Shown one piece after another: positions 52,222 to 64,000 of a stretch of 64,000 nucleotides of DNA. A model generated the notes under the pieces. The model was not told where the DNA came from, ran no database searches, and saw only the letters and a list, made by a program, of their open reading frames with translations. Source of the DNA: Lingula anatina (lineage: Eukaryota; Animalia; Brachiopoda); contig CM120648.1 in NCBI GenBank assembly GCA_051362555.1, positions 13,822,587 to 13,886,586 on the forward strand, read 5' to 3'. A program made the translations under genes and the position numbers. The stretch's first letter is position 1; each line of letters begins with the position of its first letter.

Positions 52222-53475
52222 TGTTATAGTGACAACAACGACGATCTGGAGCTTCAGATATTTATTTCCCACACTTAATTTTTCACAGAATCTACAAGTA
52301 TTTATATTCTATGTTACTATTGAACTACACGACTACACGTAGTTCTGCACCGGTTCTTCTGGCAGCTGATGCCGTTTAAAAAATTTTGAAGCTCTCGCCC
52401 ACGTTTCTGACCCTGAGGTTCAGAGATAACTTGACACGATGAAGATAGGCTATAGTGTAGAGGTTAGTGTCAAGTTATCTCTGAATCTCAGGGTGACGTT
52501 TCTTCTCTCTTACTTGGTACCGTGCACGGGACTTGCGGACGAGCAATTTCCAGCTTTTTTTCACTGTAGCTGGTAACGACTCATACCAGTCTATGGCCGA
52601 TTGCTTAAGCAATAGAGGGAATATTGACGTTATTTGTTCCTCGCTCAGTTCTTTATAGCTAACATAGTTTTTAAAATGGGTTAACCATCTTTCTACGTTT
52701 TCATCTCTGTTACCCTTGAATTTTTCAGGGGCTAACCCTAAATCTGAGGCCATGTTAGGTTTTTTATTAGTTTTTTGGACTGTTAGTACACTGTTCGTCG
52801 CTACCCACGACGCTCTCTGGGAATCTTGCCTTAGTGTATTCGGTGTCGTCCTCAGTGAGGTCGATGATGATTGGGGGAGCTTGCGCGGCTTGTGTCGTCG
52901 TCGTCGTTGTCGTCACCGATAATGATAGGGGATTCTGGGCGATTTGAGATCGACTTTCGTCCGTTAACCTCGAATCTGTTGAAAGTTTGGCTGATGCAAA
53001 TGTTCGCAACGGTGCCGCTTCTTTGAGAAAATCTGACGGTGACTGTTGTTGAATAACTTGATTTATTAGACTGCATTTGTGAACACCAGTTTTTTATATT
53101 TTTAAAATATCAGGTAGATTTTCGTCTTCGTCGGACGATTCACTGCTAGACAACGAAATGTCAGTTTTTTGCTCACTTTCGCCTTCTGACTTATTTTCAG
53201 TAGTTTTTGGCGCGAACGTACAAGTAAAACACGGCGTGCCCGTGAACAACGTTGGTATTTTTGCGGCGTCTTACACGTACCTTCAATTTCTGAGGCCAAC
53301 AGTATCTTCTGTACCGCAATTCTCGTTTTCGCTGCCGGAGGACTCCAAGTCGATCAGCTTGCATCGGTAGAGCCGGGACCGCTTTTTCCTCCACTACTTG
53401 TTATAGTGACAACAACGACGATCTGGAGCTTCAGATATTTATTTCCCACACTTAATTTTTCACAGAATCTACAAT
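52222..53475 (-). mobile_element. Truncated Ty3/Gypsy element: LTR 3' end, PBS, leader, 5' gag (52475-52753), second LTR 3' end
   Basis: MASDLGLAPEKFKGNRDENVERWL...SAIDWYESL is homologous to the gag at 43004. Near-identical LTR ends lie at 52222-52297 and 53399-53474. Confidence 0.85.
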
Positions 53476-55551
53476 AGATTGATAGATGTTTTGCAGAACC
53501 CACCTTATGCCATGGTAATTATCAGTTTATTCAGCTACTTTAGATCTACTTGCTGTACTTTAGATCTACTTAGTTTGTTTGAGTGAATGTTTTCAGTCCT
53601 CCAGTAGAATTATATCTCATTCTCTTACTGGTTGTTTGCTCTCTAGAGGAGAGTTATTGGCCTCCTTATGACGCGCAGGTGGGAACTCTAAATATTGTCC
53701 ATCCACTTGTTGTCTTATAGTAAAGTCATAATGTGAGTCAAACAATCTCGACCTACGCTTCTGTCACTTCACTCAGAGTTTCAGTGTTTACTATCGCCAT
53801 AGGGCGATAACGAACTAATTCCACACCACCAAAGTCTTGGTCTTGGCTTCTTTTTCTATCTCAAATGTGTAGCATATCCCGGAGCAACGCTGCAGCTATG
53901 ATTAAAACTTCCATAACGGCTTGTTTGTGGTCTTCTAAGGTAGAATGTTTCGTGCTTTGATAATGCGGGGTTATAAACCCGAAAAATTTGAATCCAGGAC
54001 AAGGGCATTTAAGAAAGAATCCCCGGGAGCCGTTCAAGGGTTCTTTAGTGTTGGGAAACACTTTTGGTTGATAGATGTTTTGACAGGCAAATTACTTTAG
54101 TCACTGTCACTATAACTGATATTACCCTGCTATGTCCTAATACAAGGACCTCTTTAAGTGGTTGTCATAAGTGTGTCATTCAAAATCACTGCTAATGGAA
54201 TTTGAACTTTGATGGATTATCTACAGGTACCACACCAAGTGGCAAGTTGTCAAAACAACATTCAGATAACAAAGCTACATCCTATTAATTTGGGTTAGTT
54301 GCAGTATTTCTATTCACCAACGCATATTTTCAACATTGAACGCAATGATTGATTTGATAAAACCTTAAATTCGGAATCAACTGTTCCTCAACTATTTCAA
54401 CAATTGTTCTCATGTTCTTGCCAAATATAGAAGTGATCATTTATGCTTGTAAAAGTGGCTCGTACAGCAAAGAGACAAGAGCAAACCTATCCTTATATGG
54501 CAAATGCTATTCTAGCAAACGAAATACTTTCTACAAATGATTCATCTCAAATACTGGTTTGAATTTACTCGGGATATAGAGCTTAATGCTCGTGATGAAA
54601 TTAGATCTAAGTATCAAAACCAGGCAATTGGCATTAGTAGTGGCTTTACTCAAAGAAGTATACGCAAACGAAATAGTGCTTACTATACAGTAGTGATTAT
54701 AAGATTTTATAATAAAAATTAATAAGATGAAGGAACTTAACATCACAGATTCATATTGTAAAGTGAAGTAATAACTATTCTTATTTTGACAATTTCAATT
54801 AAGTTGTTATACCTACAGACTACATCTGTCAAAACATTGGCATGGCGTGACAATTATAAACATCATAATAAACGAAATTATTATTTTAGAACGATTTATC
54901 CCATTGTCACTTTTTACAGCTTTTAAACTTAAATGTGCATTTAACATGCTAATGCACTTTTCTATATTCATTTGGAACCATTTGAACACTATGCAGATTA
55001 ATTTTGATCCAAGTTGAATTTGACCTAACTTGCTACATGTGTCTAATGCCATAGTACATATTTTTTATATTTGCGAGCGAACTTTTGGTGTAACAGGGTG
55101 TGTGTACTATCACAAGAGTTTAATGACTTTATGATTTTCCTTATTGTTACTTTAATGATTTCAGAAACTGATCTATGTATCGTTATTATTATTTTTATTA
55201 AGAGTGTGCGAGATGCACGGAATTAACATGGTTATTTACGCTTTTATAATATGCACGGTGTATTACACACGACTTATTGATAATCAACATATATTGTGTT
55301 AACCACAGTCATTATTATTGGCATGCTTTATTTTAATTACTTTTCAATGTTATGGAAAAAAGTTTGTATTTAGTGTTTTTTCAACATTTATGGGTTAGTA
55401 AATAGATGTACCTATCTTCTCATTATTATTATTATTATTGATTTGATTTGATTTTGCAGAATCTTACGAACTTGTTCATCGCATTTACATTGATGAGAGA
55501 ACTGTATAACCTTGTCATTTAAGCTTTTTGAAAATATACGTAAACATTCTG

Positions 55552-56808
55552 CAGTCTGTGCCAAAAACTTTTTAGACTTCTAGTCCTTCGGGCTAGCAGA
55601 CTCTCAAACTTTACTAGCCCGAACCAAAAAACACTAGCCCAATTTAAATAATCATTAAAAAAGTTTAAGCAGAAGTTGTAAATAGTTGTGGTACCATACT
55701 GTACTTTCTTATAAACCTTATTATAGAAGTAGAGCAAGTGAAAAACAAAGTCAATCAGGTTAATTTCCAGTTGATGGGGTGGTAAAATTAATTAAAAAAT
55801 TATTTAATTCTTTTAATATTGAAAAAATTCTTTTTTTTTTTAATTTGTAATACTGAATATAGTTACCCTTACTTTTCATATTTTTATAATATCTTTTTTT
55901 CCATTTTTTATATGCAATCAAAATCTTTTTTTTAAATTCCTATTCTTTTTATTGACAATGGCTCTTTTCTGACAATTTATTTTCAATTACATCGGTATAT
56001 AATGCCACTTCTAATTTAAAATACATAGGTGCTGTAAGGGTAATTAAACAAACGTCTTACAATTTTTTTGGTTACAATTCTTTTGGTTATATCTTTGTAA
56101 AAACAACTTTTCAAGGACTTTACCAGGACAGAGTGTGGAGGGGTAGCCATGGCATAAACCGAACCATCCCACATTGTCAAGAATAGTTCATAGGGTATTT
56201 ATGTAACTGCCAGGGTCTTATTGTTTTTAAAAGGCAATGAGCAAAGGAAAATGTATTTACTCATGGATATTAAAATTATAAATAAAAAATATAAACAAAA
56301 AAGGAAATAGAATACTCCACCCCTCAGTCTGCTAAGTGGTCCTAACCCAAATGTTCTATGAGATAACACTTGCTTCGGAGACAGTGTTGTTTTGACAAAA
56401 CCTGTTGCTAGTACTAAGGAATTCCGGTCTGATCCAGTTTCTTGATTGACAGCAATTTGTAGTCATGACAACAAACTGGTCAAATAAAAAGATGCCGACA
56501 CGCTGATCAGACACACTGCTACTATTAATAACTACAGTGAAGTTATTTATAGCAACTAATCAATATTCAGTAGTTAGAGCTAGGTGTGAGTTTTTTCAAC
56601 TGAGAGGCATATCATACTATCTAGAAACGTCAAATTAGAGGCAGGGACAAAGAAATCTATTTTTGAAATCTTACTGAGTGTTAAAATAGGTTCAAAATTA
56701 CAACTTGCCCGTTCGGGCTAGTGCTTTCTAAAATTTCAACTTTTTTAATAGCCCGGTGCCACTTTAGGTAGGCAATTGCCTCTAGCTAGTGCTTAACGTC
56801 GCAGACTG
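55552..56808. mobile_element. 1.26-kb non-autonomous hAT-like element with a 6-bp TSD (hAT6-like)
   Basis: Termini cagtctgtg / cgcagactg, perfect ATTCTG duplication, and subterminal ttcgggctag/ctagcccgaa motifs at both ends. Confidence 0.85.
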
Positions 56809-56814
56809 ATTCTG

Positions 56815-57081
56815 TATATATAAATGAATTATACTACAAAGAACAAAGAGAGTCGAATTTTCAGATAAAGTTTTCAACTGATTTGATAAATAAATCAGTT
56901 TTGTTGATATTTTGTGGACGGTTTGATTCCCTAGACGAGAAGTTTGACTTCATGAAGTTTACTGATTGATGCGTGATCAGTGCAGAGAAATGTCGTTTAA
57001 ATACTTGTGAATTTGTATGAAAAAGAGAGTCGGTGAATAAACGTTTGAAAGCTCTAGACCGTCGTTTTTGTTATTATAACA
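56815..57081 (+). mobile_element. 3' part of a solo Gypsy LTR (5' part probably 55348-55551, split by the hAT-like element)
   Basis: gaatttgtatgaaaaagagagtcggtgaataaacgtttgaaagctctagaccgtcg...tataaca matches the LTR end at 42704-42775. The rejoined length is ~470 bp. Confidence 0.7.
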
Positions 57082-58842
57082 GTGTATTTGCAAGTTTCAG
57101 GAAGAGTCAGAAGTGTGGCTTGAGTACTAGGCCTATTGTTGTATTTTAAAAATGGTTAAGTTTGTGAGGCATGCACATGTAGCGTAGGCAAAGCACCAAC
57201 GCTACAAAAGAAGCTCAAATTAAAATTTGCCACTAATGGAGCAGAAAGTGTCGACAGAATCTACGTGTAATCAAAGTTTGCTATTTTTCATGATTTTTGG
57301 TCTACACAGAGTGTCTGCGAAGAATTTTCATATATCAGATATGACTTACACGACATATTGCACTCCTATTTTATGTTTTCGTCTATACACCAAGGCCTAT
57401 TTGTGCGCCAACCTTGTATATGTATATCTGCACGCCCACGATACTGGGTAATAGGAATGGGTTATCATCTTTGAAAGTCTGTCAAAATAATCGTATGTGT
57501 TGGAATACAATGGGGGTGCTTTCATGTGAAAGGGGATGGATTTATCTTATTATAAAAAATAATTGTGTTTCCAAGCTTTGCTGTGTATTTTAATTCTTAG
57601 CCGAAATTGACACTGAAACAGCGCTTAAATCTGGGACACAGACATACCAGGCCTGTTTTGCAGCTGTACCGTATGGAAAAGAAAGCTCTCAGAATAGTAT
57701 TGTCATGTTTTTGGTCATCTCAGGGATCATTCACGGCACACACACTAGAGAAAAAATTGCCCCTCTTCGCAAATTTGAATTACTGAAGAAAACGGGCTGT
57801 TGTGCATTACCATCGTTTCCGTTTTTAACTTCAGTATTATCTCCCATACTATACAAATCTAGGGATTTATATGCAAATACACTCTGCTTTTCATAAAACT
57901 ACAATGTGTAAATAAACCATGTCATCTGAGCTTGCAATTATAGATGTTATGACCCAATCCTTTTCCTTTCCTTCAGACTCGCACACCAGTGAAACCACGG
58001 CTAGCGTGTGGTTTCGTTTCTTCATTCAGATTCGGCCCAGGGACTTAGCGTAAATAGTTAAGATTTCCATTGGTGACGTAAATATTTAATGAGACTAATT
58101 AAATTAGCTATATCCGGTACCCACTTTTCAGTGTGTAATTCACGAAAAACGATTTCATGTCATCGCTGTTTAACCACCGATTCAGAATTGCAGCGTGTTT
58201 TCCCAACTCTGTGATATTAAATGTATCCATTCCTGATCACTTTTGTATATGTTTAATCTTACATTTTCCAATTTTTTATCATAAAGCAAAACACGATGCA
58301 CATTCTAAGGGGAAAGCGTGCTCACAAGATCGACGCCATGCTGGAATTTTGATGCCCATGTCCCAATGTTGTTACCCACTATCGTGGACGTGTAGATGAA
58401 AACAAGAGTGCTAATGAATCATATTTTGTGCTTATTGCCGGCCTGTCCTCATAGGCAATGGGTAAAAAAAGAAGTTCTGATTACAATTGAAGGATAGTAA
58501 TGATTCTTTTAATGCAAGAGATGTTCAAAGAGCTGAATTCCCGACGAATAGAAAGCGACACGACGGACACTGAAATATCATATTGCGAAAATGTATTTGT
58601 TTTAATTATTGATTAAGACAGCTTGTGGAGTTCTTGAAACATTGAAAGACTTGACCTAGAATTTGATAAATGACTTAATTACCGATTTGATTTTTCTATA
58701 TTATTTTGTTTAGTCAGAGTATTTTATTATAGCAAACTGCTATCCCATTTCTAACCGAGGCGTCACTTTCCAAAGCATAAAGAACAGTTCATTAAAAAAG
58801 GAGCAGCGTTTATTATAATAATAATTACTATTATATTTTGTA

Positions 58843-58875
<33 letters not shown>

Positions 58876-60665
58876 TTGTCGGGGTGGAGGACGTAGATCT
58901 AGGGCGTGCGCGGTAATCTCCCTCTCTGTCAATTGTCAGTGTTGCCAGGTATGTTGCGGGAGAATAGAGGAAATTGAGTTACAACAGGGTTAATGCTACA
59001 GTATTTGACCTCAGAGTCTATCTCAACATGATTGTGACGGTGTCCATGAATTTCATCATATTGTGCTAGTGAAGACAGCGATGAGTGATAGAGGGCGCTG
59101 ATATGCTCATTTTTCTTATAATTTCTCCGCAGTGTAATAATAAACCATTTTTAAAATATTCGAACATTTTTTTTTCACTGAATGCATTTATTTTAAACGA
59201 GTCCAAATTTCTTGAAGTTTATTTATATGAAAACAGTGGTAACTGTACTTGAGGCCTCTACATGAGATACATTTTTTCTTTAGGTACTCACGTCGGAGAC
59301 GTTGTCTAGGATCGATCAAGGGCAGACTGAAAGAAGCCGAAACAACTGAAGCTAGTTATTTGTAACTTTTCCGTTTAATACATTGCAATGTATAACAGAA
59401 AAGTGAAAAACCGGGGCAATTTAAGGAACAAATAGACCCAATATAGCTGTAATTAGAACGTGGACTGTTTTTATCATAATCATAATATGAATTACCATCA
59501 GTAAGTTTGAGAATAACAAAAAAAAAAAAAAAAAAAAAAAAAAGTTATCAGTTTATCAATTATTTGGAAATTTTCTTTTTCTATTACTATTATTCCTCGT
59601 CTATGTACTACCTTTATCCATTTGTTTTCAATTCCTGGTTAAAAGTAATATCACCACGTGATATTACGTGCCTTACGTTTAAAAACATCAGCGTATTGTT
59701 TCACAAACAATACAGGCACATGTGATTAAAGGGTATTTCACCTTAATGTAATATCACTTCGTGATATCACGTGCCTAAAAATCACTGGAAATCGTCAAAG
59801 TATTGTTTTTCAAACAATACAGGCACTGGTGTTTACAGTATACCCTGCAATTCTCTGAAATTCTAGTAGACTATAGTGATCCGCTCGTATCGTAGCAATA
59901 AACTGCCTGTAGGTAACCGCGTTTTACGTCCGACTCCTATGAAGGTTAACCTAATGACTCTAGAGGGCCTCGTATTCTCGCTCTTTCCCGAATGTCCCGA
60001 GAGGACAATAGGAATGTATAAGAAACAAAAGACTTAATGTGTCCATCATCTTTTAGTCATATTCTGTTTATAACCACTGCCTTTGGTGAAACTGCAGATA
60101 AAGATTGATTGTTTCCCTTCGTTAGTGTGACTGTGTATACTTTTAATGTGAAGGATTGTTATAACATTTTCAGTGCGTAGCTGCATAAGAATGCTCTTAT
60201 TAGCACAAATTCCATTATTCAATATTAAATTTATTATTATTATAAAATAATTATTATTTTTAAATGATTAAAATTGTTATATTTTATAGGGATATGATAC
60301 TCTTTCAGTCATATTCTATTATTAAAAGTATAGAATATGACTGAAAGTGTATTATATTCTAATGGGTATTTCTTCATTTATACACGAGAGTATATGTGGC
60401 AATTATAGCTCCTTTAGATGCATCCTGTGCTACTTTTATTGGGGATCCTCTCACTTTTGATGGCGTCATGTGTGAAATGTCAGAATGAAGCAGACCATTA
60501 ATCAATTTCTTATCTAATTTACAGAGGGTGATTTGGCCAATTTCTTAAAAATGCCTTCCATTTCCACCGGCCATTTAGCAGATACATAACCTTGGCCACT
60601 GAATGCACATAGCTCTCGGGCACAGACTGGTTTGCATCTAATATAATCTACAACAGAAAAAGTAA

Positions 60666-60666
<1 letters not shown>

Positions 60667-60732
<66 letters not shown>
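60667..60732. repeat. (TA)n microsatellite
   Basis: Perfect TA run. Confidence 0.97.
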
Positions 60733-60736
<4 letters not shown>

Positions 60737-62810
60737 CCTGGCATTATGTTGCCCTTGAAATAAAGATACCAAAACCAAGAGGCTTGTTTACTCTCTCCAG
60801 TCGGTGAAATGTTGTGTTAAAGGTAAGATCTCAACATCGTATATGATATGTATTAACTAAGCTGACATACATGTAAAGTTTGCTAAAAATAAATTAAAGT
60901 GAGCGAGAGAAAAAAAGAAAAATAAAGGCTTTTGCTTTCTACAAGATGAAAAGTTTGTTAATTTTTTAAATCATACTGAAGAAAGTATACAAGCCGAAAG
61001 CTTGGGTGCTTTATACCAATTATAGTTGGTCTTAATGGATGCTTTTTTCATTTCTGTTTATTTCATACGGCCAGTGACAAACGTATTCGTTCGACCTGCA
61101 AATGGGCTCTTAGGTTTGGATAGAATAAGTCAACAGTCATTCTACACAGAGATAGCAACTTGTGGAAATTCTAGAATGATTTCTAAAGGGTAGAGAAAAA
61201 CTAAGCCTGTTTGTAGCCCACAAATTTACATTTTCCATATTTTGCCTTTTCTTTTGGAAGTATAAGTTACTGAAAAGGATAATTTTATTACAAGCCCGCA
61301 GTTGTGCATACTCCAATATTTAGTTATTTTATACATTAGTGATAGGGCCATCCACTCCTTCTACCCCCCCTCCCCCCCCCCCCAAAAAAAAAAAAAAAAA
61401 AAAAAAACCCACACACACACACACACACATCACCTACACTAATGTCATTCGTTATACGTTTATATTGACTATTCATTCATTTGTACTGATGTAAATGGTC
61501 ATATACATGCACATACGTACACAAGCACGTGCGCGGATACACCAACACACATCTACATGTAGATTAACATAAGCATAACATCTTTTACATTTGTTTCAAA
61601 ACTCGTTTACGCAAAATTTAAGATTAATATTAAGAGATATGATAGGGAAAAAGATAAGAAAACCCAACAACCTTGGAAAGCAGTTTTCTGTCTTGGAACG
61701 TATTTCTAATATCTATATTTATTCGTGATGTAGGATATGTTTATACATGTAGGCCCCTACCACACACCAACCAACGGCTACCTTGGATTTAGAAAAAGGT
61801 GCACAGACCAGTGTTATAGACATATTTCATTTCTTTCTCAGCCAACCATCCCCGTAACAAAATTAAATCGAAGGCTGAGACTGTCGGCAAACAAAGGACT
61901 GTTTAGAAAATGCCCGCAAAAGGCCTAAAGTCCATGTAAAATAAAAATAAATACTTTTTCACTTTTTACTTAAAATTCAAATATCTTGGCTGCCATTCTC
62001 TCAAGGACTTTGATTTAAAGTAGCGTATACAAGTAAGTGCGTTACGTACGGCGTCAATGGGCAGAAATTCGTATTTCACCTGTTGCGTTGTCCGCGTTAT
62101 TTTTCAGTGCTCATTTCATCTAATGCGGCGATGGTGGGTGGTTGGGTGGAAGGGGGCGGTTGCATAATGTGAAAAGAGTTCTGACCACAAATTGATCTTC
62201 ACACATAGATTTTGAGCCTTTCTTAGAGATCACAAGAAAATCTTACCTACACCTTGTCAAATAAAAGCATATTTCCAATTGAATTCTCTTCAATATTGAA
62301 AAATAGAAATGTATTGACATAGTCTATAATTAGATACAGATCAATTGCTACAGCACACTACTGTACCTGATGGCAGTGCGTCAGAAGAGCGCCAGGGAGG
62401 GATGCGCTGTGAACGGAATGGAGATGGAGGCTATCTATAAGGAAATGTACATTTACTAAAATGTCAAGTGCGGTGCAGGAAAGAGGATAGTAATCTTTGA
62501 GTTTTATTTTCAGTGGATGCAATGAAAGTTATTGAATTTCCCTTTTCAAAATAATCAGAATAAACAAATGCATCCAACTTGACATGTTGCCACATCAAAC
62601 TTTAGTTTATTTACAACCTAAACACAGTCCTATTTTCCGCACTTGAACAGTAAGAGAAGACTTCAAGACGCGTTTTGACGCAATCCAAAAATTTAATTGT
62701 CTAATGAAAAATGTAATTTTGACACGAGTCAAGACGGTATTAAGTTTAATTTATTTGTGTGTCACGAACATTATTCAGAAGGACGTTATATCGGATGATT
62801 ATCAATTTAT

Positions 62811-63041
62811 ACAACTAGAAAAGCACTCCGAGAGCGCAGACCTCCGCCAAGGCAGCAATTTTTTATTATCATTGATTATTGATCCGGATCACCACCAAAA
62901 ACTAATCATCTGTTCCTTGGCCCACTTCTGACAGTTCCTGAAAATTTCATCAAAATCGGTCCATAACTTTTTGATTATGTTGATGACAGACAGACAAACA
63001 AACAAACAGGGGTGAAAACATAACCTCCTTGACGGAGTTAA
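62811..63041 (+). mobile_element. Non-autonomous Helentron/DINE-1-like (HINE) element
   Basis: aactagaaaagcactc start, subterminal inverted motifs ctccgccaagg / ccttgacggag, core aaatttcatcaaaatcggtcca, (GACA)n(AAAC)n microsatellite and a 3' hairpin. Confidence 0.8.
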
Positions 63042-63857
63042 TTACAAGTTGTCTTTAAAATCTCACTGTGAACCTCTACAAAGAGAAACAAGATTTTTAA
63101 CTCTGAAATCTTTTTACTTCTGCATATTTTGACTATTATAGCTGTTATTTTTCTGCCGGGTTTCGCCTTAATTTTTGCGCCAAAAAAAGAAAAATGGAAT
63201 AAGAGAGAGAGAGGGAAAAATCCCAATAAAATCCACCCTTGTCTAACACAAATAAATAGAAATGCTGTCAAAATTTTAATGGTATCTTAGGCATGGGATT
63301 TACACCCAAAAGTCGTACGTGTCGTCTGCAGCTCATCTCTGAGGCACGTTTACTATCTGTTCTTCACTCGTGGAATGATTGTGTTAGTGCAGAAAATTTC
63401 CTTCACACCAGCTGACAACTGAAAACTTTGATAAGATTTTTTAGTCACCATTAAAGATCATCAACGGCATCAAGATCATCACCAACACAGATCTCTGATA
63501 TGAACATCACTTCCGGCCCAGTCTTATATTACTTTAGGGGACTTAATTTGCATAAAAGAGAAAAAATGCATTTTTTTCCTGATTTTGGCTTGTTTCCAAT
63601 TTTTTCATTATTTTCAAAAAGTAATGTCCCATTTTCTCACAAATTGGGGCACCTTTGATCCACCAGCACTGTTTGTAAATAGAAATAACTTATTATATCA
63701 CAGACGTGTATCACGCTTTCACTCAACAACCATATTTATTGTTCGAAATAGCTCGGTTATGACAGACATCAGTTTATGTTAGCTGCTACTGAATTGGAAG
63801 ATAGGAGTCGTGAGCTGACCGTGCCTGAATGCTTGTTTTTGTTTTTAAACAGATATA

Positions 63858-63965
63858 TCTAAAGTAGCCGAATAAACTGATAATTACCATGGCATAAGGT
63901 GGGTTCTGCAAAAAACGCCGGTGGAGTTGGAGTTGGATGGAAGGGTAGAATTGTTAATTGTACTA
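63858..63965. repeat. Interspersed repeat; other copies at 51889-51968 (+) and 53489-53550 (-)
   Basis: Shared accatggcataaggtgggttctgcaaaa; the copies at 51889 and 63858 also share ...ttggatggaagggtagaattgttaattgtact. Confidence 0.85.
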
Positions 63966-64000
63966 AGTAGAATGACAGATATTGTATTTCTTCTTGGAAT

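Noticed and set aside
54100-55050. Possible further LINE relic
   Set aside because: Only vague coding-like texture, with no diagnostic motif that I can identify.
59295-59350. Hammerhead-ribozyme-like motif (gttgtc...ctgaaagaagccgaaacaac)
   Set aside because: The core has an extra base relative to CUGANGA, stems I and II do not pair, and the paralog at ~40230-40275 lacks the core.
35206-60744. ORFs with IYIYIY or poly-K runs
   Set aside because: They are translations of (TA)n and poly-A tracts.

Overview
AT-rich, repeat-dense animal (probably marine invertebrate) genomic DNA with no intact protein-coding gene that I can support. Bases 1-21890 are a young tandem array of about 27 copies of a 770-bp unit. 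Each unit contains one full and one partial 192-bp satellite monomer (resembling Helentron core repeats) fused to a ~390-bp non-coding segment with a strong splice acceptor, GT donors and an AATAAA. A 1.9-kb TA-duplicating TIR transposon interrupts the array, which then fades into degenerate 192-bp monomers. The remaining ~42 kb is a transposon graveyard: decayed LINE fragments, a Tc1 relic, several Ty3/Gypsy pieces (gag, protease, RNase H, chromodomain, solo LTRs), hAT-like MITEs with 5- and 6-bp TSDs, a SINE, a Helentron-type element, a 1.9-kb fold-back trinucleotide microsatellite and a few orphan exon-like relics. Most ORFs in the supplied track are spurious. All calls were made by eye without database searches.
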